Shown here: positions 36,340 to 46,860 of the stretch, in pieces | How the letters are laid out: each line of letters opens with the position of its first letter | Numbering within the stretch: the first letter of the stretch is position 1 | DNA from: Chiloscyllium plagiosum | Lineage: Eukaryota | NCBI RefSeq assembly: GCF_004010195.1 | Contig: NC_057719.1 | Coordinates: 7,843,974-7,894,693 of the forward strand | Direction: 5' to 3' | DNA: 50,720 nt | The notes under the pieces: generated by a model | Seen by the model: only the letters and a program-made list of their open reading frames with translations | Told to the model about the DNA's origin: nothing | Databases searched by the model: none | Translations under genes and position numbers: made by a program

Positions 36340-36880
36340 ATAGTGAGTATGAGACCATGACAGTATTGTGAGCTTTAGCAGAGTGATGGACTTTAGTCCA
36401 CTGCCTTAAACATTTACTCACTTGACCACCAGATGCTGTGTGTACAATCAATAAGATACACTGCAGCAGCTGTGGACAAGTCAGGCTGAATGAAGTCAGG
36501 CCCCTTCCTGGGTTGTAACTTTTCTGATTGAATGAACTTGCCAAAGCTCCTTCAGCGGCACCTTCTAAACCTCAGCATCTAGAAGAACAAGGTGGCAAGC
36601 ACATGAAAACCAACCATCAGCAAGTTTCTGTCCAAGTCAGACACCATCCTGCCTTGGAGATATATCGATGTCGCTTAATCATCACTGGGTCAAAATCATT
36701 GAATGTCTCGATGGGCAGAATGGCCTTACTTCTGCTCCTATGTCTTATGGTCTCCCCCCCCATCAGTATTGTTGGAGTATCTTTAACATGAGAAGTAAAA
36801 CGATTCAAATAGACAACTCATCATGATCTTGTCAGGGACTAGCAGTAATTACTAGCCTTTCAATGAAGTCCACACATGAT
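36340..36880 (+). mobile_element. Old LINE 3' remnant (same family as 22665)
   Basis: Decayed gtgtacaatc..aagatacactgcagca, ccaaagctccttcagcggcaccttc, tctagaagaacaagg motifs. Confidence 0.55.
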
Positions 36881-37615
36881 ATACAATTTTTAAAAATTAC
36901 TTAGTTTTGAATTTTGTCAAAGACACTATTTGTCTGGTGAAATTTTCTATTTATAGTATTTTGTAAGATTTATAAAACATTCTAATTTATAAAAAAATAA
37001 CATTTTGGAAGACATGATATAAGACATAAGTTATAGGAACAGACAGATAATCAAGATAAGTATACAAGCTCCCTTCAAAACTCAAATTTTTTATTTCCTC
37101 TTTTTTTGCTGTCTGGGAGACGTTTAGTTAAGTAAAACAATTCTTTCAAATGCTTTAATTTGCTTATTTAAGTTTGGTCTTCCTATGATCTTCGTTTTGC
37201 TTAACTAAACGTTATCTGAGCATAATGTGTTTATTTTGTTAGTAAGGTCTATCCCCAGCATTGCAGTTAATCTTCTTTAGTCTTCCTGAGCATTTCATTC
37301 AACCTAAGAAGACTCTGGGTTCCTTTCTCCAGTGTTGGATTGTCATGTTTGTGATGTGGTATAAACTGAATTGAATAATCCAATATTGTTGAGTAACATG
37401 GACCTTGGTTTTGCAATATCTAAGCACAACATTATCAGTTTGCACTCCACTGTAATACATTCTGTTTATTACCTTTTGCATGTTTTGATATTGAAAGTAT
37501 TGCATATATCTCTTTCCAAATATTCCAAAGCTTTGCATATTTTGGCTATTAAAAGGCAACAATAATTCAAATCTTCCACTTAAATTCACTCTACCATGTT
37601 TTATGTAATTAAGAT

Positions 37616-37939
37616 GGATGGCACGGTGGCTCAGTGGTTAGCCCTGTGCCTCATAGCACCAGGGACTCGGGTTCAATTCCCACCTTGGGCAGCTGTTTGT
37701 GTGGAGTTTGCACATTCTCCCCGTGTCCTCGTGGGTTTCCTCCCGGTGCTCCGGTTTCCTCCCACAATCCAAAGATGTGCAGGTTAGGTGAATTGGCCAT
37801 GCTCAATTGCCCATAGTGTTAGGTGGATTAGTCAGGGGTAAATTTAGGGTCTGGGTGGGTTGCTCTTCGGAGGGTTGGTATGGACTTATTGGGCCGGAGG
37901 GCTTGTTTCCACACTGTAGAGAATCTAATCTAATCTAAT
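37616..37939 (+). mobile_element. Full-length HE1-like V-SINE
   Basis: A-box tggctcagtgg, B-box ggttcaattcc, V-domain, (aatct)n tail. Confidence 0.93.
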
Positions 37940-38424
37940 GCAGTGTTATCCTAAGTGAAGGTTGCATTGTGTTGCTACCTTCCAAATGGGACGCTAGTTA
38001 GTTTTCATAAAACTGCTGGTTTGGGCATGTGTTGAAGTTGGTAGCACCATTCTCAGAAAATAAATTCCCAGAAGTTTTGCTGATTCTTCTTTAATGAAGA
38101 CCATCAGATAAGATTTAGTTATCTTATTGATGTGTCTTATTGATGTGTTTGAAATAATGCCTTGTGCAAAGTGGTCATCAGGATAACTCCCATCTGGCAC
38201 AGGGACTTATCTATTTTCACACTTTACAGACATGCTAACACCTCCTCCTTATGAACCTCAATCCCGTCTAGTCTAATAGCCTGTATCTCAGTATTCTACT
38301 TGACAACATTGTCTTTTTCCTGTGTGAATACTGGCGAAAAGTATTCATTTAGTGCTCCTCCTATCTCTTCGGGCTCCACACACAACCTCCCACTACTGTC
38401 CTCAACTGGCCCTATCTTACTCTA

Positions 38425-38967
38425 TTTTCTGGATCGGTGGTGCTGGAAGAGCACAGCAATTCAGGCAGTATCCGACGAGCAGCAAAATCGACGTTTCGGG
38501 CAAAAGCCCTTCATCAGGAATAAAGGCAGAGAGCCTGAAGCGTGGAGAGATAAGCTAGAGGAGGGTGGAGGTGGGGAGAAAGTAGCAATGCGCCAGCACC
38601 TAACCTCTCTACAATCTGCCCTTTAAACCAGCAGAGTTCGGACCCGAACAGGACAAACAGTACAGACTACAGATTCAAAAACACCATCAACAGTTCTCCT
38701 TCAAGATCCTTCGCTCCACGCTTGCAGCAATGCGCCGGCACCTAACCTCTCTACAGTCTGCCGTACTCTATGCTACTTTCTCCCCATCCCCACCCTCCTC
38801 TAGCTTATCTCTCCACGCTTCAGGCTCTCTGCCTTTATTCCTGATGAAGGGCTTTTGCCTGAAACGTCGATTTTGCTGCTCGTCGGATGCTGCCTGAATT
38901 GCTGTGCTCTTCCAGCATCACTGATCCAGAATCTGGTTTCCAGCATCTGCACTCATTGTTTTTACGT
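38425..38967 (+). mobile_element. Palindromic PLE element (A1) with about 160-bp arms and a 175-bp central filler
   Basis: Inverted arms, hammerheads at 38490-38517 (-) and 38841-38868 (+). TSD cctatcttactc at 38411-22 and 38968-79. Confidence 0.9.
38841..38868 (+). ncRNA. Minimal hammerhead motif with a G-U pair closing stem II
   Basis: CTGATGAAGGGCTTTTGCCTGAAACGTC. Confidence 0.65.
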
Positions 38968-40438
38968 CCTATCTTACTCCAGTCATTCTTTTATTTCTGA
39001 CATACCTATCAAAAGTTTTAGGGTTTTCCTTGATCCTACCTACCAATGACTTCTCATGTCCCCACCTGGCTCTTTTTAATTCTCTCTTTAGGTCTTTTCT
39101 GGCTAGCTTGTAACACTCAAGCACCCTAACTGAGCCTTCATGTCTCATCTTTATATAAGCCTCCTCCTTCCTCTTGACAAGAGATTCCACTTCTTTAGTA
39201 AACCACAGTTCCCTCTATTGACCACTTCCTCCCTCCCTGACAGGTGCATACTTATCAAGGACATGCAGTAGCTGTTCCTTGAATAAGCTGCACATTTCAA
39301 TTATAGAGTCAAAGAATCATAGAGATGTACAGCACAGAAACAGACCTCTCGGTCCAACTCATCCATGCGACCAGATATCCCAACTCAATCTAGTCCCACC
39401 TGCCAGCACCAGGCCCATATCCCTCCAAACACTCCATATTCATAAACCCATCCAGATGCCTTTTAAATATTGCAATTGTACTTCCTCTGGCAGCCCACTC
39501 CACACGCGCACCACTCTCTGTGTGAAAACGTTTTATATCTTTCCCCTCTCACCCTAAAATGATGCCCTCTAGTTCTGGACTCCCCCACCCAGTGTAAAGA
39601 CCATGTGTCCATCCCCTGCAGTTTCCTTTCCCATCCTATGCATCCTAAATCTTGCCTAATCGCCTCATAGTTGCCTTTCCCCCAGCTATATCTCTTGACC
39701 TGCGGTATATGCCTACCTCCAAATCTAACACCTGGCTTGGTTCATTACCCAGTACCAAATCCAGTGTGGCCTTGTCCCTTGTTAGTCTGTCTACATACTG
39801 TGTCAGGAAAGCCTCCTGCAAAAACTGACCCAACTAAAGTACTCAAACTATAGCGTTTCCAGTCAATTTTTGGAAAGTAACAGCTACCCTGTTACTTTCG
39901 CTCCTATCCAGAATCATCTTTGTAATCCTTTCCTCCATATCACTGGAACCTTTTGGAGCCCTATAAAAAACTCCCAACAGGGTGACCTCCTTTCCTGTTT
40001 GGAACCTCAGCCCATACTACCTCAGTAGATGAGTCATCATCAAATGTCCTTTCTGCCACTATAATACTGTCCTTAACTAACAATGCCACACCTCCCCCTC
40101 TTTTACCACCTTCACCGATCTTACTGAAACAGCTAAACCCCGGAATTTGCAACAACCATTCCTGTCCCTGCTCTATCCTTGTCTCTAAAATGGCCACAAC
40201 ATCGAAGTACCAAGTACCAACCAATGCTGCAAGTACCAAGTACCAACCCATGCCCACCTTATTCTGGATGCTCCTGGCGTTGAAGTAGATACACTTCAAA
40301 CCACCTGCTGGTATACTCCTGTGACCTTGAAACCTTATTCATGACCTCACTACTCTTAACCTCTTGTACACTGGGGCTACAATTCAGGTTCCCATCCCCC
40401 TGCTGAATTAGTTTAAAGCCTCCTGAAGAGCATTCGCA

Positions 40439-41090
40439 TAGATCCCTGAAAGTTGCCATCCAGGTTGATAGGGTTGTTAAGAAGGTGTACGGTGTATTAG
40501 TTTTTATAGGTAGAGGGATTGAGTTTTGGATCCATGAGGTCATGCTCAGCTGTACAAAACTCTGGTGCGGCCGCACTTGGAGTATTGTGTACAGTTCTGG
40601 TTGCCACATTATAGGAAATTTGGGGAAGCATTGGGAAGGGTGCAGAGGAGATTTACCAAGATGTTGCCTGCTCTGGAGGGAAGGTCTTATGAGGAATGGC
40701 TGAGGGACTTGAGGCTGTTTTCATTAGAGAGAAGAAGGTTAGGAGGTAACTTAATAGAGACATACAAGATGATCAGAGGGTTGGAGAAGGTGGACAGTGA
40801 GAGCCTTTTTCCTCGGATGGTGATGGCTAGCACAAGGGGACATAGCTTTAAATTGAGGGGTGATAGATATAGGACAGACGTCAGAGTTAGTTTCAGAGAG
40901 TTATAGGTGTGTGGAACGCACTGCCTGCAACAGTAATAGACTCACCAACATTAAGGGCATTTAAATGGTCATTGGCTAAACATATGGATGAAAATGGAAT
41001 AGTGTAGGTTAGATGGGTTTCAGATTGGTTCCACATGTTGGCGCAACATTGAGGGCCGCAGTACTGCACTGTAATGTTCTATGCTCTGTC
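40439..41090 (+). mobile_element. CR1 LINE 3' part, opposite in orientation to the adjacent 5' part
   Basis: RPHLEYCVQFWLPHY...VQRRFTKMLP...RGHSFKL; 3' UTR ends tgttctatgctct. Confidence 0.92.
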
Positions 41091-41489
41091 TTCAAAGTAA
41101 TTATGTCTAAAATGTCTTTGGAGAGATTGGATCCTGCAAAACAGATTTTAATTGATCTTAGATAGCATTATGTAGAATGTACATATATAAGCCGACCCAT
41201 GTCAAAGTTTATACACTACATGAGCTTCCTTCAACCTATCATTCGCATCACAATGAACTTAGTACTAGGTCAAGATGGTAGATAGTTAAAGCACCAAGTC
41301 ATATGGGTTTCAATAGCTTTCAGTATCAAATATCGAAATGGTGTGACATAATTTAATTTGTACTGAATTGTCATATTATAAATGGAAATGTTTTCATAAT
41401 TGCTGTATCTTAAACTTAGCTATTCTGAAATATGGTGAAACTTTAATTAACTTAAATAAATCATGTCCCTGAACAAATTTTGCCTTGGG

Positions 41490-42085
41490 CCTTGTTTCTT
41501 CATCCTGGCTTATGGTTATTTGAAGCTTGAGGTGATGGCTGTGGTTGTTGGAGACCAATCATCTCAGCCACAAGATATTGCTGCAGGACAGTGTGTGAGG
41601 CATGAACATTGTCAGCTGCTTCATCAATGGTCTTCCCTCCATCACAAATGCATACAAAATGAGCCACATGGCATGCTTTTACACTGTAATAATTCTGTGA
41701 TTCTGGGATGAGCTCAAGTGGGGATGTTCGCTGATGATTGCACACACACAATAAGTGACAATTAATATTCACCACATATTTAGACAAAGAAGGACTAAGA
41801 AAGTGAACTTAATCAGCTATATAGATACTAGGGTCACCTAAACAGGTGAAAGTGTTGGGTTTCTGGATTGTATAGCTTATGTCCTAATTCTTCAAACCCT
41901 GCCCACCACCTACAAGGCACAAGTCAGGCACAAGTCAGAACAAGCCTCCAATTTTTCGATGAGTGAAGTTCCAACTACATCCGAGATGCTTAACACTGAT
42001 CAGGACATAGCAGCCTGCTTGTTTGGTACGCTAAGCATCACCGCAAACATTCATTCCGTCATCTCTGCTACACAGTATGTCGCAG
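41490..42085 (+). mobile_element. Decayed LINE RT remnant
   Basis: MAVVVGDQSSQPQDIAAG..., SCFINGLPSI and VGMFADDCT motifs. Confidence 0.7.
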
Positions 42086-42239
42086 GTACAAGACACCAGC
42101 GTCTTTGTTGTTTGTGTAATTCTTGTACACTCATAAGTACTTGTGTGAGTGCTGCTCTTTAAGTTAATTAAAGTTTCACCACATTTCAGAATAGCTAGGT
42201 TTAAGATATAGCAATCATGAAAACGTTTCCATTCACAAT

Positions 42240-42680
42240 GTGACAATTCAGTTATGGAACCCCAAAAATCATTTCAAGATTATCAGTCAGACTTGTAATG
42301 GGGCTCGCTTATGCTTGTCAGAAGCTGCATATATTCTCACACAAAGCCTTGTTCTCTGTAAACAACAAGAACATATCCAGGCGTTGTGCTTTTTCCCTGA
42401 ACAAAGCTCGGGGGTGCAGTGTTTCCCTGGGGCATTTCCCATGGTGACATCTTACCCAATTACAATGACTTGCTGGTTTGAAATAAAATCTTAAGAAAAA
42501 CTGTTGCCCCTGTGCGTTCTCCATGGCAATAACTTGACATTTCAGAGTTCACTTGCCAACCATTCAACACCTTTTTGTCATGCAGTATAAATATTTCACA
42601 TTGAAATGTTGGTGTTCCTGTCATTCTGTCCTGATGAGCACAAGATGGAAAGCTTCTGTTGCATGCCTGTTTTTACAGAA
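42240..42680 (+). mobile_element. Old PLE 3' end of a third family (GIY-YIG C-terminus, UTR, decayed hammerhead-like motif at 42631-42656)
   Basis: FKIISQ...LSEAAYILTQSLVLCKQQEHIQALCFF resembles PLE endonuclease C-termini; gtc-CTGATGA-gcacaagatg-GAAA-GCTTC lies downstream. Confidence 0.55.
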
Positions 42681-42859
42681 ATAACCAGATTATGTGTTGG
42701 TGTAATAATGTTGGAGATGTTCAGGGATGTGTACGCTAGGTGGATTAGCCATGGAAAATGCAGGGTTACAGGGATAGGATGGGGACGTGGGTCTGGGTGG
42801 GATGCTCTTTAGAGAGTCTGTGTGGATTTGATGGGCTGAATGGGCTGATTCTATGGTGA

Positions 42860-43085
42860 GGTATCATTTTGCATACGTAAGATGCCTCAAATAAATAGAT
42901 AATGAATAAGTAAATTGGTTTCCTTATACATTGGTCAAGGTATAAATATTGATCGGGGAGAAATTCCCTTTTATCTTTAAAACAGTGCCATGGGACCTTT
43001 TTGGTCCATCTGAGGAGTATGTAGCTAAGATTTTGGATAATGTCTCACCACCAGTGCTGCATTCTGTATTGCACCTGGACTGTAT
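42860..43085 (-). mobile_element. Decayed DeuSINE fragment (a further tail fragment at about 49500-49610)
   Basis: taaatattgatcggggagaaattccc...cagtgccatgggacctttttggtccatctgag is the reverse of the Deu-domain region. Confidence 0.5.
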
Positions 43086-43249
43086 TATCAGTCAGACTTG
43101 CAATTATATGCATAAAATCCAAAGCAATAAAAGCCCTTTTGGGATCAAGCTTTCTACTCTTCTTTGTTTACCGAGCCACTTGTCTGATTCTCAGTTTTGG
43201 GAGGATTGTGTTGCTCTGATTCCTTCACAAAGATGTCTGTTACTACAGC

Positions 43250-45170
43250 GAACAAGGGACAAACCAGGAAAGTCCAGGCCAGTTGGTCTGATCTCAGTGA
43301 TGGAGAAACTATTGGAAGAAACTCTATGGGACGGAATTAATCTGTACTTGGAAAGGCAGGGATTAATCAAGAACAGTCAGCATGGTTTTGTTAATGGATG
43401 GTCACATCTGTCAATTTGATTGAATTTTTTGAAGCGGTGATAGGTATGTAGATGAGGGCACTGCATTCGATGTAGTCAGTTTGGACTTCAGCAAGGCTTT
43501 TCATAAGATCCCATGTGGGAGACTAATAGGGAAGGTAAGAGCCCATGGGATCACAGAAAATCTGATGAATTGCATCTGAGTGGCAGGAAAACCTGAATGC
43601 AGGAAGTAAGTTTGCAGATAATATGAAAATTGGTGAGGTGGTAAATAGTAGGGAGGATAGCCTTAGATTACAGGATGGGCTAGTCAGTTGGGCTGATCAG
43701 TAATAAACAGGATTCCATCAGGACAACTGTGAGGTGATGCACTTGGGCAGGAGAAACAAGGCAAGACAATGAATGATGAATGGTAAGATCGTGGGAAGCA
43801 CCAAGGATCAGAGGGACCTTCATGTTGTCACAAAGCTGGTCCCTTTTTTCTAAAAGCTGTTCCCTTTGTCAAAGATACTGTGTCCTTGGTTTTTTTTTAG
43901 AGGGGCCATAAACTAGCTCCCGGTTCTGATTGGACTGGTTTGGTATAGGGATTAAAGGGTATTGAGAGGCCTTTTTGTTTATATGTAAACAGATGAGACT
44001 TCAAGCCAAAGTGGTCATGTTTTAGAAGTGACCTGTATAATGAAAGGGGAGTGGTCAGCTCTCTAGCTGAGAAATTCAGTTCAGACCTAGTTAGGAGTTC
44101 AACAGTGAGCTGTGTGGAAACTCACTCCCTCTTTCTGCCCTTTTAACTTCAACCTGTAAGCATCTGTTCCATTTTTTTAACTGTGTTTTAAGGGGGTTTG
44201 CTTATTGGGACTGTTGTGTACATTCGAAACAGCATAATTAAGTCTAATTTGGATAGATTGAGTTCCCTAGAGGTTCTTTATTCTGTAGTTTGTGTTTCTT
44301 TCGTAATTCTATGAATAAATTTCTGTCTGTTTTTAAAACCTAGTGGTCTACTTAGCTCACGTACTCCGGGTAATTTTCACTGTCCACTTCCTGAAATAAA
44401 TTGCAAAGTTACAGTCTGGATTGCCTGCTCAAGAATGTTTAGAGTGGTCTGGCCTAGTCCATAATATTATGCATATTCAGTGGTTTTTAAGGTAGTGAGA
44501 CAGGTAGATAAAGTGGTCCAGAAGTCATTTGGGATACTTGGCTTTATTAGTGAGGCATAGAGTTTAAGAGCAGAAATGTTATGTTGGAACTGTATAAAAC
44601 ATTGTTGAGGCCTCAGCTGTTGTGTGCAGTTCTGTAATTCACCTTTTAGGAGGAATGTAATTGCACTGGAGAGGGTTCAGAGGAGATTTATTTAGACATT
44701 GCCTTGACTGCATAATATTAGTTATGAAGAGAGAGAGAGAAAGAAATTGGATAGACTGGGGTTGTTTACCTCAGAGCACTGGAGGCTGAGGTGGAACATG
44801 ACTGAGATGTATAAAACAATGAGGAGCATTAATAGTATAGACAGAAACTTTTTCTCTTCACAGAGGGACCAATGACCAGGTGTTATAGATTTTAAGATAA
44901 GGGGCAAAAGCTTTAGAGGAGATGTAAGGAGGAACTTTTTTCACCCAGAGGATGGTGGGAATCTGGAATTCACTGCCTGTAAGGGTGGCAGAAGCAGAAA
45001 CCCTCATAACATTTAGGAAGTATTTAGATGTGGGATGATGCCAAGGCATGCAAGGCTATGGGCCCAGTGTTAGAAAATGGGATTAGAATTGTTAGGTGGT
45101 TGTTTTGATTGGTATAGACTCAATGGGCTGAAGGATCTTTTGCTGTGCTATAGACCTGTATAATTCTCCT
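43250..45170 (+). mobile_element. Old CR1 LINE (RT to 3' end) interrupted by a 644-bp insert
   Basis: RDKPGKSRPVGLISVMEKLLE...SQHGFV, ggacttcagcaaggcttt, and the FFTQRMVGIWNSLP region. Confidence 0.88.
43823..44466 (+). mobile_element. Probable solo LTR inserted into CR1
   Basis: Non-coding insert between contiguous CR1 halves. Ends tgttgt...cataata (decayed TG..CA), TATAA at 44036, AATAAA at 44314. TSD not clear. Confidence 0.6.
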
Positions 45171-46111
45171 TTAGTTTGCACATTTCCCCTTCTCATGCGG
45201 ATTGATATGTCAGTAGGAATCTAGTCCACTTGTTCCACCTGTGGGGAGACTAGTCATATTTTTATTAGTTCTTATCTTTGGTTGTGGGAATTTTACACTT
45301 GTTGTCTACTCCTAAATTCATTGTAACCTTAAATATTGTTTACTTCAGTCGTAGTTGCACCATATATTAATTTGAAGACCAACATCAAGTCTTTAAAAGA
45401 AGTTTACTTACTCTGAAAGATCCGCTAATACAAATTTGAGGTCTTGGACTTTTCCTTCGTACATATCTGTGTTCTAGGCTAGTTACAAAGTTACTACGAC
45501 AACAGGAAATTCATCATCCTGTTGACAGCCGTCATTTGATTTAATCTGATTTCACCCAGTGAAGAGTATAAGTAAGATGATTAAGTTAGGAAGTCCTATA
45601 TGATGGAGTGTAGTACAAGCTGTTCCAGTCACAGGACATTATTTGAGCTTTTGCCAGACTTCTGTTTTAGACTCATGATTCAGAAATGGAGGTTGGGGAA
45701 ATTAAGTACATAAATAAGACACATTAAATCTGAAATAAAAAACAGCATTAGTTGTGGTTAATCATAAAATTACTGAAATTTCATCAAAGATTTATCTGGT
45801 TTGTAGTTTGAGGAGTTTCATATTGAAGTTAAGGAGCTGGAGTTTGAGCCATGGACATTGTGCAACATCAGAGAGTAGGAAAGTTACCTGGAAACTTCGC
45901 TTCAGGAGGCAGTCACTCCCTCAGACTAAACCATTCAAATTTGGTGTATGATCAGGTTAACCCGGCTTTCTGTCCACAGATGTTGCCAGACCTTCTGTGT
46001 TTTCCCAGCGATTTTCATTTTTGTTGATTGATTACTTGTTTTAAAAATATTAATGAAGTCACAGCAAAGTATGTGGTCCATTCGGTCAATAGTTGGGCTC
46101 CTGTAGTAGTA

Positions 46112-46312
46112 CTGAAAATGTGTTGCTGGAAAAGCGCAGCAGGTCAGGCAGCCTCCAAGGAGCAGGAGAATCGACGTTTCGGGCATAAGCCCTTCTTCAG
46201 GAATTGCGAAACGTTGATTCTCCTGTTCCTTGGAGGCTGCCTGACCTGTCGCTTTTCCAGCAACACATTTTCAGCTCTGATCTCCAGCATCTGCAGTCCT
46301 CACTTTCTCCTC
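46112..46312 (+). mobile_element. Palindromic PLE mini-element (A2) with an intact - strand hammerhead (46173-46200); + arm starts only at CGAAAC (46207)
   Basis: 14-bp TSD ctcctgtagtagta at 46098-111 and 46313-26; inverted arms. Confidence 0.9.
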
Positions 46313-46586
46313 CTCCTGTAGTAGTAGCTGACTACAGTGGAGGGGATGGACAATAAATCCCAGGCTTTTTTGCTTGACTGGCTTTGCTTCAGCAGCAGGG
46401 ATTGAGCACTTTGAAGCACTGTTATATGATGCAATTGGGCAGGTCTGCTAATTGTTAAAAAGAAGAATTCTGCTTGGAATGCAAACGTTATCATCTCATC
46501 AACATCTCATTGATCAATAGAACACAAGTAAACTGTAGAAAATGAAAAGGCCATTATTCATCTGAATTGGTGGTGTGTTTTTAGAG

Positions 46587-46860
46587 ATGGAAATGTGTTG
46601 CTGGAAAAGCGCAGCAGGTCAGGCAGCATCTAGGGAACAGGAGAATCGACGTTTCGGGCATTAGCCCTTCTTCAGGAATGAAGAAGGGCTAATGCCCGAA
46701 ACGTCGATTCTCCTGTTCCCTAGATGCTATTCCTGAAGAAGGGCTAATGCCCGTAACGTCGATTCTCCTGTTCCCTAGATGCTGCCTGACCTGCTGCGCT
46801 TTTCCAGCAACACATTTCCATCTCTGATCTCCAGCATCTGCAGACCTCACTTTCTCCTCA
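46587..46860 (+). mobile_element. Palindromic PLE mini-element (A2) with three hammerhead units: one on - (46648-46675) and two in tandem on + (46679-46705, 46733-46760)
   Basis: 13-bp TSD tgtgtttttagag at 46574-86 and 46861-73; internal direct repeat with a 55-bp period. Confidence 0.9.

Larger units (their letters stand above)
38179..40438 (-). mobile_element. CR1 LINE 5' part (end of ORF1, APE endonuclease, linker), hosting a PLE hairpin and a CR1 3' end (39303-39603)
   Basis: KCIYFNARSIQNK...DVVAILET...KRGGGVALLVK, ATLDLVLGNEP and KENPKTF motifs. Confidence 0.9.

Noticed and set aside
37616..37690. tRNA-like sequence with A and B boxes
   Set aside because: It is the head of an HE1-like SINE (followed by V-domain and tail), not a tRNA gene.
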